A stretch of 55,409 bases of DNA, filler included, from Jimgerdemannia flammicorona (Eukaryota): the NCBI GenBank assembly GCA_003990765.1. It is 3 parts of 3 records of this genome, joined end to end, with 100 filler letters (N's around TTAATTAATTAA, not from the genome) between each part and the next. Parts side by side here need not be neighbours in the genome. Positions count along the whole stretch, not along the records: positions 18,510 to 36,918 come from RBNJ01002219.1; positions 37,019 to 55,409 come from RBNJ01002220.1; 1 more part is not named here. One strand, written 5' to 3'. Below are positions 34,501-47,487 of this stretch, piece after piece. The notes beneath the pieces were generated by a model. That model saw only the letters and a program-made list of their open reading frames with translations. It was not told the DNA's origin and did no database searches. Within the stretch, counting starts at the first letter, position 1; every line of letters begins with the position of its first letter. A program made the translations under genes and the position numbers.

Positions 34501-36918
34501 CCATTGACCAAACATTAGAAGATTGGCACCCACCACAAGCTGAGGGACTAAGTGATCTGATGATACCTGTAAAGGAGGACGAGATCCACCAGGTTCTTGC
34601 CACGACAGCCTTGGGTATGGCATCTGGGGAGGATGGCCTCCCCTAGGACTTCTGGAAGCAAATGGTTAGAGTCCCAGGTATATTGGGGGAGTTGACAGCA
34701 CTGTGTGACTCTATATTGCAGTCAGGGAGATGAGTGGGGGAGCAAGACCTTGGGCTGGTGATGCTGCTTTATAAGAACAAGAGAAGGCAAGAGGATTGGA
34801 TGAACTGGCAGCCGATAATGTTGCTAGATATGGACAGGAAGTTGGTGACTAAGGTGGTGGTTGCAAGGCTACAGAAGGTAACCCAGCAAATTGTGGGGGT
34901 TGAGCAGAGGGGCTTCATAGGGGGTCAGCTTATTAGAGATGGCACAGCCTAGGTACATGGAGTTATTGAAGGTGCTTGAGCCTGTAGACTAGATGGGCAT
35001 CTTGTCTTCTTGGATCAGGAGAAGGCTTATGACTGGGTACAGCGAGTCTGGCTGGCGAAAGTATTAGATAGAATTAGAGTTCTGGGCCCATTTTGGTCTG
35101 TAATGGTCAGCCTACTGGAAAGGAGTAGGGCTGTGCTCATGTACAATGGGCATCAAGGGGTGGCTTTCTCTCTGGGTAGGGGAGTGCCCCAGGGGGACCC
35201 ACTGTTCCCCATTTTGTATACTCTTTCCTTGGAACCTATAATGGATAGGATTCGGCAGAAGATCATGGGGCTCTCTATCTATGGCATTGGCTGAAGGTTG
35301 GAGCCTTTGTGGATGATATGGTGGTTGGTTTGGGAGTGACTGCAGATGTCAAGGAGCTCTGGAAGACAGTAGAGTGGTATGAGGAGAACTCTGGAGTGAA
35401 GCTGAATTGGCACAAGTATGAAACAATGGTGCTGGACAATGGCTTGGTGGGCAGAGAAGTTATTGGAACAATTGTCCCCACTGGAGAGGCAGTGTGGTAC
35501 TTGGACATCTATTTGTCAGTCTATGGGTCTGTTTTGCCCAGGCTGTGGTGGGAGCAGAGGATTGGCATTTGGGAGGAGGACCTGCAGGGTTGGGAGGGTA
35601 GACACTCCTCTCTGGCAGGAAGAATCTCGATTTTGAATGTATACTGGCTGCCGAAGCTATGGTATTTAGCCTATCATCTGGACTTCCCAGCCTGGGTAGT
35701 GAAGAGATTGGTGAAGGTGGCCAAGGGATGGATTTGGGCTGGCAGATAGAGTCAGATTGGTTGGGAGACTTTGTCCCTACTGGTGGCAAGAGGTGGTCTT
35801 GGGCTGGTGGACTTCCCCAAAAGACTACACTGCTTGAGGGCTTGGTGGCTGAGGAGGGCGGTGGAGTTGTATGGAGGGGGCTGGGTCCCCCTGCTGCAGA
35901 AGATATGGGAGAGGCGGACATCGTCTAGAGGCTTGACTGGTGATCTTCTTTCATTAGTTGGGCTTCAGAACACTGTGCAACTGAGATATAAAGGCTTCTG
36001 GTGGGGGATAGCCGAAGGGGCACACTGCATTGGTATTCGCTGGCAAGGGGATGAGGGGGAGAGAGCTTGGGGCCCGGTGATGTGGAGATGGGATAGCATT
36101 CTTCTGGGAGGTATACCTTTACTGGAGTTTAACATTAGTGATGACATCGAATGCCAAAGGGGTCCAGGCCAGGATCTGTGGCCTAGTGATTGGCAAGGAG
36201 TTGGAATTGGTGAGGAGTTGGACTGGCATGGGGTTTGGACCTAGAGTGCCACAGTGAAAAATTGGATGCCGCCGAAGTACTGGGTAGTCTGGTGGCATGT
36301 GCTGAGGAGGAATGTGATGCTTAACTTCTGCTCAGGACACCTTATTGTAGGGGACTGCTTTGACTGTGAGGAGTGCCATAATGTAGGGCAGGAAGGGGGA
36401 TTGGTACAGATGCCGGAACATTGGCTAGGGGAGTGTGAGGTGTTGGGAGACTTTTGGCAGGCTATTGGAGACCGCTTGGGGGTAAGGCATAGGGGTGATG
36501 ATGTACGGGAGAGGTGGGAGGACCTGAGGAATAGATTGATAGGAGGGGTAGGAGAAGAGTGGATTACTCTAGGCTGGGCATTGGCTATTTGGGTTGGGCT
36601 GGCTGGACACTGGCTATTTGTATTTGAGGAAGAGAAGCGACAGAGCTTGGGAAGCTGGTTAGCAAGGTGGCAGTTCCTTATGGAGGATACCTTGACAGGC
36701 TGGTGGCTTGGTTGGGGGCTGCAGGGGGGTTGGAGGTGCTACTTGGTGATGAAAATCTGTGGTCAGAGTGGTGGAAGAGTTGGAGTTATTGGTGAGAGGG
36801 TGGTCTTTATATATGAAGAGGTGGGGTGAGGCCCCCCGATGGGGATTGGATAGTAGGTGGTGATATTGTATACTTATTCATAGACTGGTAATAAAGATGG
36901 AGTCCAAGGAACTATAAA
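31569..36918 (+). mobile_element. L1/Tx1-type LINE, probably 5'-truncated, decayed (ORF1 remnant, ORF2, 3' UTR with AATAAA running into the gap)
   Basis: G-rich sense strand. APE and RT motifs in ORF2. Many CGA>TGA and TGG>TAG type stops. Confidence 0.92.
33198..36829 (+). pseudogene. LINE ORF2 (APE endonuclease, RT, C-terminal CCHC)
   Basis: SLNMNGL, LLQD, GGDFN, RIDW, SDH; SGEDGLP, QRGF, DQEKAYD, GVPQGDPL, AFVDD; CEEC...EHWLGEC. Confidence 0.93.
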
Positions 36919-37018
36919 NNNNNNNNNNNNNNNNNNNNNNNNNNNNNNNNNNNNNNNNNNNNTTAATTAATTAANNNNNNNNNNNNNNNNNNNNNNNNNN
37001 NNNNNNNNNNNNNNNNNN
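36919..37018. other. Assembly gap / artificial contig linker
   Basis: Same 100-bp N-TTAATTAATTAA-N linker. Confidence 0.97.
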
Positions 37019-37540
37019 CCTTCCACATCGGGAGCCCCTGCCCCACCTGGCCATCAGCCGTCACATCTCTTTTTTTTTCTTGATTCCCCGTCACACTCCC
37101 ATCAGCAGTCACGCCCCCAGCCACTGCCCCTCCAGCCCCTACACTCGCACCCCCAGCCTGGGGACCTCCCCCCCTCCCAAGGCTCGCCTTGCCCTTCCCC
37201 ACAGCAGCACCAGCCCTGTCTCCAGCAGGCCATCTACTCCCCTTCACCTTGTCAGCAAAGCTCGAGGGACCAGCCTTTCCGCCACCACCACCTGTCGCCA
37301 GTCCTCCATGAGAGCCCTCACCACCGTTCGACCCTCCAAAGGCCCCATCCCCAGGCCATAACCCCTCCCCACTTGCTGCCAGCCGAAAGCCCCAGCTCCC
37401 CCCGACCCAGTACGCCCGTCGGAACTCTTGCTTGAAGACATATTGCTAGTACCTTTACTCCTAGTTGTGTTGAGAACTGTTGCTTGAAGGTTTGTGTAAC
37501 GTGAATTGTACGTCCAGCTATGCCTGTCAAACATTGGCTA
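37019..37540 (-). mobile_element. Probable 5' end (5' UTR and ORF1 start) of another LINE
   Basis: A/C-rich leader, then ATG at 37443 (MSSSKSSDGRTGSGG...). G-rich sense strand like the adjacent LINE. No diagnostic domain. Confidence 0.45.
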
Positions 37541-37929
37541 TATTGATCCCTACAACATAGACTAGACTTGTCTGCTCACTAGGATTGGATCATCATTTAC
37601 ATGTGAGAGCACACCTATACATCAGATCTAGCAGTATCAGGACTGAATAAAGAATAGCCCCCCAGACTCCAAAAGAAAGCCTGAGACAAAGAAAAAACCC
37701 CCCAACTAACCAACAGAGAGCAGAATAGATTCAAAGTGAGTGAGTAAAGAACTTATATGTAGAACCTTCTACAAAGGACTTACACATGGGCAGTATCATT
37801 GGTACTGTGAACTGTTGAAGACTGATCTGTCAATATGTATATTTGTATGTTTACATGTACATGTATATGTTTGTATATATGTATATTATATATGTGAATA
37901 TGTCCAGCATATGAGTCATGTGGAGAATT

Positions 37930-38175
37930 TGGATTGAAGGATTCAGTTGAAGGATTCAGATGAGGATTCAGATTGAAGGATTTGAATTGGAGGATTTAAA
38001 TTAAAGGATTTAAATTAGAGGATTTGGATTAAGTGATTCAGATTGAGTGATTCAGATGTAGTGATTCAGATTAATCTGAGTTGATTTGGATGGCTTCAGA
38101 TTTGAGATTCAGATCAAACCATCATGTGATGAATTGAATCTGGATTTGATTCAAATTAACTCATTCAGAGCACTA
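37930..38175. repeat. Degenerate ~15-bp repeats (gaaggattcagatt) ending in CAGAGCACTA; possible DNA-transposon end
   Basis: Visible periodicity. The terminal 10 nt are the reverse complement of 31362-31371. Confidence 0.5.
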
Positions 38176-38224
38176 GTTATAGATATCAAATATAATATAA
38201 CTATATATAAATATATCCAGTGCA

Positions 38225-38535
38225 CTCTATTTAGTTATAGCTTCAAATCTGTATAAATATCCTCTGTACTGAGTATGTTGTAACCTCAGTTCTGCTTTCT
38301 CCAAACATAAGAATAAAGCAGTATTCTTATTACAGAACCCTCAGATCCAACTTGTTAATAATTTTGAGCCTGATCAACTTGGGATAAGTACAGTACTTCC
38401 ACAAAAACCCAAAAGTAATACTTGGACTATACTGCCATGACAGGCAATTGGAACTTAGTGCTTCCTCAAAGCTTAGAGCTGATAATTATCTTGATTATCC
38501 ACAACATATTAATTCTATCAGTATATAGTTTTATT
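38225..38535 (+). repeat. Dispersed repeat; inverted homologue at ~53868-54200
   Basis: For example cttgattatccacaacatattaattctatcagtatatagtttt matches the reverse complement of 53868-53910. Confidence 0.8.
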
Positions 38536-40129
38536 ACAGAGTCTGTGTATTTAATTTGTTGAAAATAACTAAATATGACTGCTATGTGCAAGAATTCCAA
38601 CTGATTTGTCGTCCATGTAATTATTTGTATCTAAAGTCCATCCACAACAATAAATATAATGGACCAAAAGGTTTAACAGTATTCATAGGAATTGTGACCA
38701 CCCGCGAACTGGATCTAAGACGATATATCCTGATGGATAAAGTCATGTATACTTTTATGGAGAAGTGCATGTGGAGTAAATTGTACCGGGTACTATCTTG
38801 TACTTGGACGTGATGATCAGGGAACAGGGGTTCGGACAAATGCTAATCCTCTGGTTAGAGATTTGAGCGTAACAAAAGTCAACCCTGAGTAGTGCTCCTA
38901 AATGAACGAATCGAGCTCCAATTCGATCCGATTCGAACTCAGGACGAGGTCTTTCCTAGATAGCATAGATGGAGACAGTCTTGAAAAAGGAGAGTTTTAG
39001 AAAAATGATATCTTTTAGCCTTTAGGTGTGTTGGTGTTGCAGGTAAATGGTGCTTGAAGTTAGATGGAGATTTGTCTGTCCATTGCTATGTTGAATTTGT
39101 AGTATTGCGACATTGTGTGTAAATACTTTGATGGCTTTGCACTGCCCGAACCCCTGTTCAGCTGGAAGCAAAAGACCATGCCTAAAGATTTATCCGGTTG
39201 CTGCGCGTCGATTGTCCAGCGAACTGGTCGATGCCGTTACAAATCAGCATTGCCTAGATATGGGAGTCGAGTTAGATTTGATGTGTCAAAGTAATCTGCG
39301 GTTCCTAATTATGTTCGTAATGACAAGGATAAGCAGCCACAGCTGAGAACCCTATAGAGATCGACTAGAAATCACCTAAAAACCGAACATGACGGGGCGA
39401 TGATTTGAACGCATTATCTGTTGAGCAGTCTATCACATGAAAGGGAATTTGCGCCATAATTTCCTGTGCCACTTGCCACCGTCGTCTCAATAGCCTGCAT
39501 TTATTATCACCATCACTTCATCACTTAATAGCCTGTCTCTCTGCTATCATTCAGCCTTAGTCTTATTTCATTTCATTAACATCGTTTGCTGTGACACACA
39601 ATAGACCGAGAATTAACGATTACAACTCGATTAGACTAGATCTTGGTCGACTAAATGACTTAGTCAGTCCCCAGCCCTAGATGTGAAAGGAAAAAAATGT
39701 TGCTTACATTTACATGCAGGCTCAAAGCATGACGTACGACGGTATCAATATCCGATGGTAATGGCCAACATGACAGGAGTCAGATGACATTCCCTCTCCC
39801 ACGACACACAACCCGCCAAGCAATAGGGTACATTCAGAGACCCGCATGTCCATAATAATAGAATTCATTTTTGACACATACTATTTGAAGGTCTCACTCA
39901 GATTGAAGCGAGAGATACTATATATTGCATAAGTGTTTGCAGTGCAGAGTTAGATGAGAATATAACGTTTACATTGTGGTAAGATATATTACTGAGATGG
40001 AGCGTAAATGTATTTCTTGATAAGTTGCTTGGATAAAACATTGCTGATATCATACGCAGGAAACAACTTATTACATTTCATCACCGTAAATATTGATATT
40101 GGTATTATCGTCTAGCAAGTGGCATCCGC

Positions 40130-40477
40130 GTCGCATGGATTGCTGGGTAATCTGTGTCTCTAATACAGCGGGTTTCATTGTGCGAGGTGAAGGGGGACAC
40201 GCCCCTGCAAGGCCCACACCACGTGGAACCTTGCTGTGGAACGTTCGTGGACCCGAAAAAACAAAAAACAAAAACAAAAAAAAACACTTGTTACGCTTCT
40301 GCACGTTGATCACATCATCTTTCTACACGCGAACAGAAAGACAGACGTTTTGGATATTGTGTCGAACACCACCGCTACCGCCGTTCCCCAACGAGTAATG
40401 AGTTCTACGATTCTCACTTTCATGTGCTATCGTTTGTTATTTGTGACTCAACAATATATTTATATTTGATATTTTGT

Positions 40478-40548
<71 letters not shown>

Positions 40549-42433
40549 AATCTCGTGCTTTCTGTAAACTTTTGTATATTTCCAATACTTCAAATTTTAA
40601 CAATGGTGTTATTTATTTGTTATTTTCGAAGATGACCAAAACACGGAGTATGTTACACCCTCGAATCTTTGGTGTCAATACATTTGTGGTGTGGAATTCC
40701 ACAAAATTGAGGTGCACTCATCACTTCATTCCAAACACCCTGTTTGATTCGCATTACCTCACATTCGAGCCTTTCGAGACCTCCTTATACCGAAATAATT
40801 GTTGCTACGCCGATTTACGCTATGCTGATTATTGCTGCCTTCGTGCAGGAAGTATTCGCAGATGTTTGCTGGCCGAGTCTGATGCGATGTCGGTATAGTA
40901 CCACAATCGTTGTCTACGAAAAATGGTGCAATTAAAGTCAAATATGCGGGACGGGATATAAATTTCAAAGAGTTCATACCCAAGGGCCAACGGTATTTAA
41001 CATACCATCATACATGCGACTGTACGAGTATTCGTCTCTGACAACAAGGCTCGTGGTGAAGTCAATTGAACTCCATTGCTCCTTGCCCTGAGCTAGTTTA
41101 TTAATGGGCTCGTCGTAGTCAATCAGCACGCAGTTTCTGTGGCAGGAATACCAGAAAGCGTTATATTCAATGCGTGATAGCAGGCGGAAATGGCAGGTAT
41201 ACACAGTAGGAAAAGATATTTACGGGTCGATGTTGTACCAAAAGTAGTCGATCAAGGCGCCGAATTGGTTACCTATCGGATACATGGGTTAGTATTGCGC
41301 TTCCAAGCGTAGCAGGAAAGCGGTATAGACAAGTAAAATATCCGCTGACGGAGTCATGGATTTTTAAGCACACGCAACGACAATACGGGATCAAATCGTT
41401 TTGCAATATCACGTCAACTTCATCCACAGTAATATTTGGAACGATGTCACTGCATTCAGGGTTCGTACGAGCACCATCGCATGTATGCCCATATCCGATC
41501 GCTAGTTCATGGTCATTAAAGCTTCAGGGATGATTTCTTTGCGAGTGCAACCCAATCATCTGGAACAGCCAGTCTGACGGACGCAACAAATGGTACATAC
41601 ATTGGAAGCGTTTTATTAACTTCTGGCGATGGGGTAGGCAATAATCCCATTCTGAATCAACCCGCATTTTTATTACAACACGCTCCGATCTTGACCACTG
41701 AATTTTATTTTGGTTGCATCATTACTATCAGTCAAGCAACGGGTTCCGCAGTTTTTATTGTGCCTTTCGAGCTGTGTGGTTTTTTTCAAGCGGAGACTAG
41801 GGTGAGTATCATGACCATTAAAGAGTATTCGAGCCCCCACAATTATTAATATTTCCTTTCATCGATTCGCAGGACCCGCTGATGCTATTACAAACAGCCT
41901 TCTCCTTCAAATATTTGTTGGAATATACTCATTGGTCGTAGTCGTCGTTTTGCTCAACATCCGTAAGTAAACATCTATCCTGTTCCGTCATGAAGAATTC
42001 TATATAGTAAACTTAATACGTCACTTTTATGATTGCCATGATCAACGATGTGTTCACCGACACCAAGGAACAAGGTACAGGCTTGGCCAAACTTTGCCAA
42101 TTTCCGCCTTGCACTTAGAATGCGTTTTCTCACAAATAAATCTCTTTCGCAGGCAAGCGAGTATGGCTACGTATGTTTGCTGAGGTCATAGCCGAAATTG
42201 AAACGACTTTGTAGGTTATACAAATACAGAGCTAGGTTTCCCTTGAAGGGTCACGGTTTTCTTTTTGTTTTGATGAACAATACCGAGCTAACTCATTCAT
42301 TCGTAGGTCAACCGAAGCCTTGAGACAAGACAAGAATAAGCATCCAGCAATTCTATACTACGTAGACCCGACGAATGAGGTGAAGAAATGGAGGGAGATG
42401 GTTAAAAAATGGAAACAGGAAGGCAGGCAGTAA
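40130..42433 (+). pseudogene. TRP-type cation channel pseudogene (membrane and C-terminal part)
   Basis: AFRAVWFFSSGD*G (TAG 41798-41800), VVVVLLNI/IAMINDVFTDTKEQG/KRVWLRMFAEVIAEIE, HPAILYY. Paralogous to 46485-47260. 5' boundary uncertain. Confidence 0.75.
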
Positions 42434-42791
42434 AGTTAAAATTCGGGCCAAAATATTGGCAAGGACATTGGAGTCATGGCATATTGAGTTCAGGATGTAG
42501 TGGTCTGGGCGGATTGGCAACATGAAGTATGTGGCTTATTTATATTTGTTGACGCTTTTAGATGAGCAATTGTTGGCTAGTTATTACATTCATTGTAATT
42601 AGATTAGAATATCATGTGTGTCTTTGCATTTGAATAAATACACAATTCCGATTGAAGGTAGAAGGGATAACAACTTTAGTAAGACCCAAACGGTGGCACA
42701 TTCGTTTTCTCGAAACACATGGCGTAATTAAGCCCCTGGGTGGCTTGGCAAGTTCCTATCTTTCAGAAATGGACATATTGACAGCCCAACG

Positions 42792-44683
42792 ATGGATCTA
42801 CGAACCATGCAACAATCAAGCAGCCCCAGCAACAAGGACTGGATCCAGTCCGCCATCGAGCAGGGCCATATAGACTACCTTGAATTAGATAAAGAGCTTA
42901 ACGAGGGCCCCGTCTTCTACGCACGAGAAGGATTTCTCGTCATGTATCTCGCCGCAGGCAAGAAGCACACCAAACAGATGCATGCACTAAAGTGCCTGCG
43001 GGAGCAACCGAAATCAGTTGAAGCGGATCCTGTTGGTTATAAGAATTTTATAAATGAGGTACGGTTCTGCGTGTATGCGGTCGGGGTACTGCAGCATAAA
43101 ACTAGATGGAGAGGAATTCACAAGAGTCAATTTTGGACGCTCATCAAACTGATTATGGTGTATTTTGTCCAGCTACAATTTCTCCGCCAGATCGACGACG
43201 AAAACTTCGTCGCACGGTACCACGGGATATCACGACGTAAGTATATACCTAGCTTATTCGGCGACTGTTTTTTTGTTGAATTACACAGTATGTACCTTCC
43301 TTACAATGTTTCTCCCACAAAGATCCTACGACAAACGCTTACCTAATGGTGATGAAGCATGTCGAGCAGGGTTCTCTCACCAACTACCTAAAGAAGAACG
43401 CCGGCAGGCTGACCTGGGCAGAGCGGTTGAGGCTCGCGTGTCAGGTCGCCGAGGCACTCAACTACATCCATAACAAGGGGGCAATCCACCGCAACCTGCA
43501 CAGCGATAATATCTTGTGGGTATCTTTTTGTATGCTTTCGCGATAAAGAACAGGCCTTTAATTTGATAATTTAACTGTGCACGACGATAGAATTAATGAT
43601 AAGGGAAGAGCGCTCATTGCCGATTTGGGTCTAAGCGGAGTAACCGTCTCTAAAATATCAAAACTTACCATATCAGCACACATTCCGTACGTATGTATAA
43701 CCTTATTTACTTCCAACTCGTAATTCTCTCGCTAATCCTCCCTCCCTCTTGCGCTCATTTGAACAGTCTCACAATCACGCCTCCTAACGTCCCTCCCGTT
43801 CCATTACGCCTAAGATTCCTCCCGAACTCATCGCCCGCTCGCGCATCCCCATTAAAGATGACGCCCGAAGTGACATTTATAGCCTGGGCGTGGTCCTCTG
43901 GGATATCAGCGGGGACGGGACGCCTCCCTTCCCGGACGTCGACTTCCTTACGGCCGAGCACATTTTCCAAGGCCTACGCGCGGACCCCATTGAGGGCACG
44001 CCTCAAGAATACATTGAGCTCTACATGCAGTGCTGGGACGGCGACCCGTCCAAGAGACCCGGCATGATTGAAATATTGACACGGTTGCACACGATGGCGA
44101 AGGCGGCTAGGAGGCAAGGGTGGGGTTCGAAGTTTGCGATAGATGCAGGTATGTGTAGGGAAGAGTGGTGCTGTTGAAGCGGAGTTTGAGATCGGTTTTT
44201 TGGATGTCCTATCGATATTTTCAGGGTTGATGGATTTTATTATGCACAAACCCCTAATCTTCACATTTAATAATAGCATATGCAGGACGGCATTTGCAGG
44301 AGAAAACAGCTGTCGACAACGAGCCAGCTACCATCCAAGAAGATAATCTCGTCCTGAGTGAAGGCTTCATGTCCAAGATGAAAAACCTTGCACTCAAATG
44401 GCTCACGGGCCCTGACCAGAAGGATAAGGTGAGAAAGGGCAAGGGAAAAGAGGGAAAACTTGGACAGCAATCCGTTATGTCGCCGTTGGCGTGGATATCG
44501 GACAATCTCTCTGGTAAAGTGGATGAAAAGGGCAATTGTGATAAAGATGGACACAAGACGAAAGACAAGAATGCTGAACAACGGCTCGAGAAGCCTTATG
44601 AAGAACAGCCGAAGTTGGAGGATGGGACGCCAATTATAGGACACAGTGAGTATTATATCCATGAGATGCTTGCCATTGGCTGA
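42792..44683 (+). CDS. Tyrosine-kinase-like (TKL) protein, probable pseudokinase; multi-exon; 3' end uncertain
   Basis: WIQSAIEQGHI, ALK, FINE, GSL..YL, LTWAERL, HRNLHSDNIL, IADLGLS, SDIYSLGVVLWDI, CWDGDPSKRP. GT-AG introns at ~43059, 43237, 43519 and 44149. Confidence 0.85.
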
Positions 44684-45481
44684 ATATTATTCAATTTTTT
44701 GATTGGCATTTATTTTATTTTCTCACCAACTTTTGCAAATGGAGTCCAAGCATTATGGTGTTATCTGAGCTATTATCACCCTGCCCCATCAAGACGTCAC
44801 TCACCAAAATAGCTTTCTACTTCTCTTCCACACCAGATTGACACAGATATTGTTCCGGGAAGGCGATGTGATAGTAAGAAGACGGATGGTGGGAGGACCA
44901 GTTATTAAAGCTGGGTTGATTCCGAGTAATTTCTCTATGATCTTGGAGGACTGATTTTGGTAGACTACCTGAACATATCCGAATGCCCGCGAAATCCTGG
45001 TGATGACGTCACACCCGATCCGCGCTGACTTAACCGTTTAACCGTTCAAGTATACGCCATCCCATTCTCCATCAGAGAATCCCACCTTCAAGCCACCAGG
45101 AACCAGCTTATTAGTAGATATTGTGATACCCCTGTTTTCGTAATTGATCAGCGATAGGAAAAAAAATAAAATAAAAAACATGGGGCTTGTATCTTCTTCG
45201 CCCTCTCGTCTTTTTGTTTTATATATTTTATGTTCATTTTTTGTTTGTATTTGTAACATTGTGTAGAGGATAGCATTTATATCACAAAATTATGAAGTTC
45301 GCACTAAATGGATTTTACTTGTAAACGCCATGACGTCTACGATAACCTACTTGCCATCATTCGCTCAATAGGAATAGGATTTCTGTATGGCGCAAATCAA
45401 GTACTCGTGGAGCAAGATTGTCAACGCATTCAGGTCGTTTGGTTTCTAGTTCAACCACGTATCATGGATAACGATTGCTGG

Positions 45482-45523
<42 letters not shown>

Positions 45524-46484
45524 ATACTATGGATGACCTGGATGTGAAAAGAAAGAGAGAATGACTATTAGCGTGATCGTAGGTTTTCAGGCCCCCCCCT
45601 CCCCCTTGGTCTCTGTCTTCTTCCGCACAAAAACTCCTCCAGCATTGCTTCTCTGCCGGCCCCCTCCGTTTACAAATACAGCTAGATCCTCGTGCAAGGT
45701 GCAACGGTGCATACGGTATTGTTGGCTGCGTGAATTAAACAGATGTTGGTTTAAAAAGGCTAGCTCTGTAAGGATCAGTATCGTGCGGGAGAGAGGGGGG
45801 ACAATAGTGGTACCGGGGATGTGGGAGATAAAACCGAACAAGAACTGGGTAGAGAGTAACAACTCTTTCGCCGTCGCGGATCCGCTGGCCGCGCAGGGCA
45901 CGCGTAACTCCTTCAAATCCGTATCAAGGACCTCGAGGACGCACCAATGCCTCGTTCTCCACTTCTGGTGCGAAGACCGGTTTGTAGAGCATCATATCAA
46001 AGCTGTCTGTCGATAGAGAGGGGAACATGATCCTGACTTGGGTGAAAACGTTCGTGTGACCAGAGCCACGTTCTCCTTTGTCAACAGCCAGGCGGTTTCG
46101 AAAATACGGTTTCTTTAGCTGCTGGTGGCCAGATTACCGATTTTGAATTCACGTCAACCCTTCTAAAGTTTTAAGGATTGTGGCATTTTGAGTTACTCAT
46201 TCTGTGGAAGCCCCGGCAAAGCCAAAGCATTTAATTCCGCGGTATGATTTCTTTGACGAGCGAAGGTATCCCAGACAACACTACAAAACAAAAATGCGTT
46301 GAATCTCGATTCCAATTCCCTTTCTTCGACCGACCGACCGTCCTAACTACCCAATTACGCACTTCCTCGGTGGACATAGGCTCTCGGCAGTTTATTACGC
46401 AAAATATAAAAAGATACATCCATGCTTGAACTTATGGACTTGGTAGAAGATAATACAACAAACAACAACAATAATATAAAAGAA

Positions 46485-47452
46485 TCAATCCTTCTTCCCG
46501 CCCGTTTCGGGCGTTTTGGCTAACATCATCTCCAACCCTTCCAAACTCTTTTTCATCTCCTCTAGCCGTGTCTTCAGATCGTCAACGGCAGGCTGAGTGG
46601 CAGTATCTGGTTGCGGGCGGAACGCACGCACCCATTCGTCGACAGTGTCGGCAGCCGCATAGTAATATATGTACGTCGGAAACCAGTGACTGTTTTGGCG
46701 TTGTGTTGGGGTCATCATGTACACCTAGTTCGTGAACATATAAGTTAAGCAAAATATGTACTAAAAGACTCGCGAGACCGCCACTATGGAAGAATTAGCA
46801 AGACGCACCTCAACCTCCGCAATTACACTGGCCAATTGTCCCAACCAAGCCTTGTGTCCAGTCTCTTTGGTATCTGAGACAACATCGCTCATGAGTGAAA
46901 TCAGCATGTTAAGCAAGAGGATGACTGAAAAGAAAGAATAGATTAAATTTAAGCCAGATTGTTGTGGAAATGGAAAATGACGGTTGTGGTCAGACTTACC
47001 CGTCAAGAACGAAAACACCACTTTGAGAAAATCGAGAGTAGGTTTGCCCTCAATCATTGAGATACCACCATAATCGCCCGTGACGAAGAAGTAGGTGGAC
47101 ATGAGGGCGGTCATCACTGAATTTTTTTGGTAGGGGCTTCCCCCGATGTCCTCTTCCGGAAAAGAACTTATCAAAAAAATGAGTGCGTGTGTGTAACCCT
47201 GAAGGGTGACGAAGAGGCGATTAAAAAAATTATAGAAGTCGAATTGGCTTGGAGGCAAAGTTGCATTAAGGAGAACTTACAAAGACAACAAAGCCCATCA
47301 CAACCAAGAACCAAAAAATTTTCTTGCTGATCTCGATTATTGTAAAAATGAGATGGCCAATTTCCTTGAAGACGCGCGTTTGCATCAACTACGAGGGAGC
47401 AGCATCAGTATGAGCAACGTGTTTATTTTACAAGGGCTCGCGCATTCGGGTG

Positions 47453-47487
<35 letters not shown>

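Noticed and set aside
40480..40547. Long poly(T) as a retroposon tail
   Set aside because: No TSD or element body found; homopolymers are common in this window.
44750..46010. Protein-like minus-strand stretches between the kinase and TRP genes
   Set aside because: No recognisable motif or consistent exon chain; would need BLASTX.
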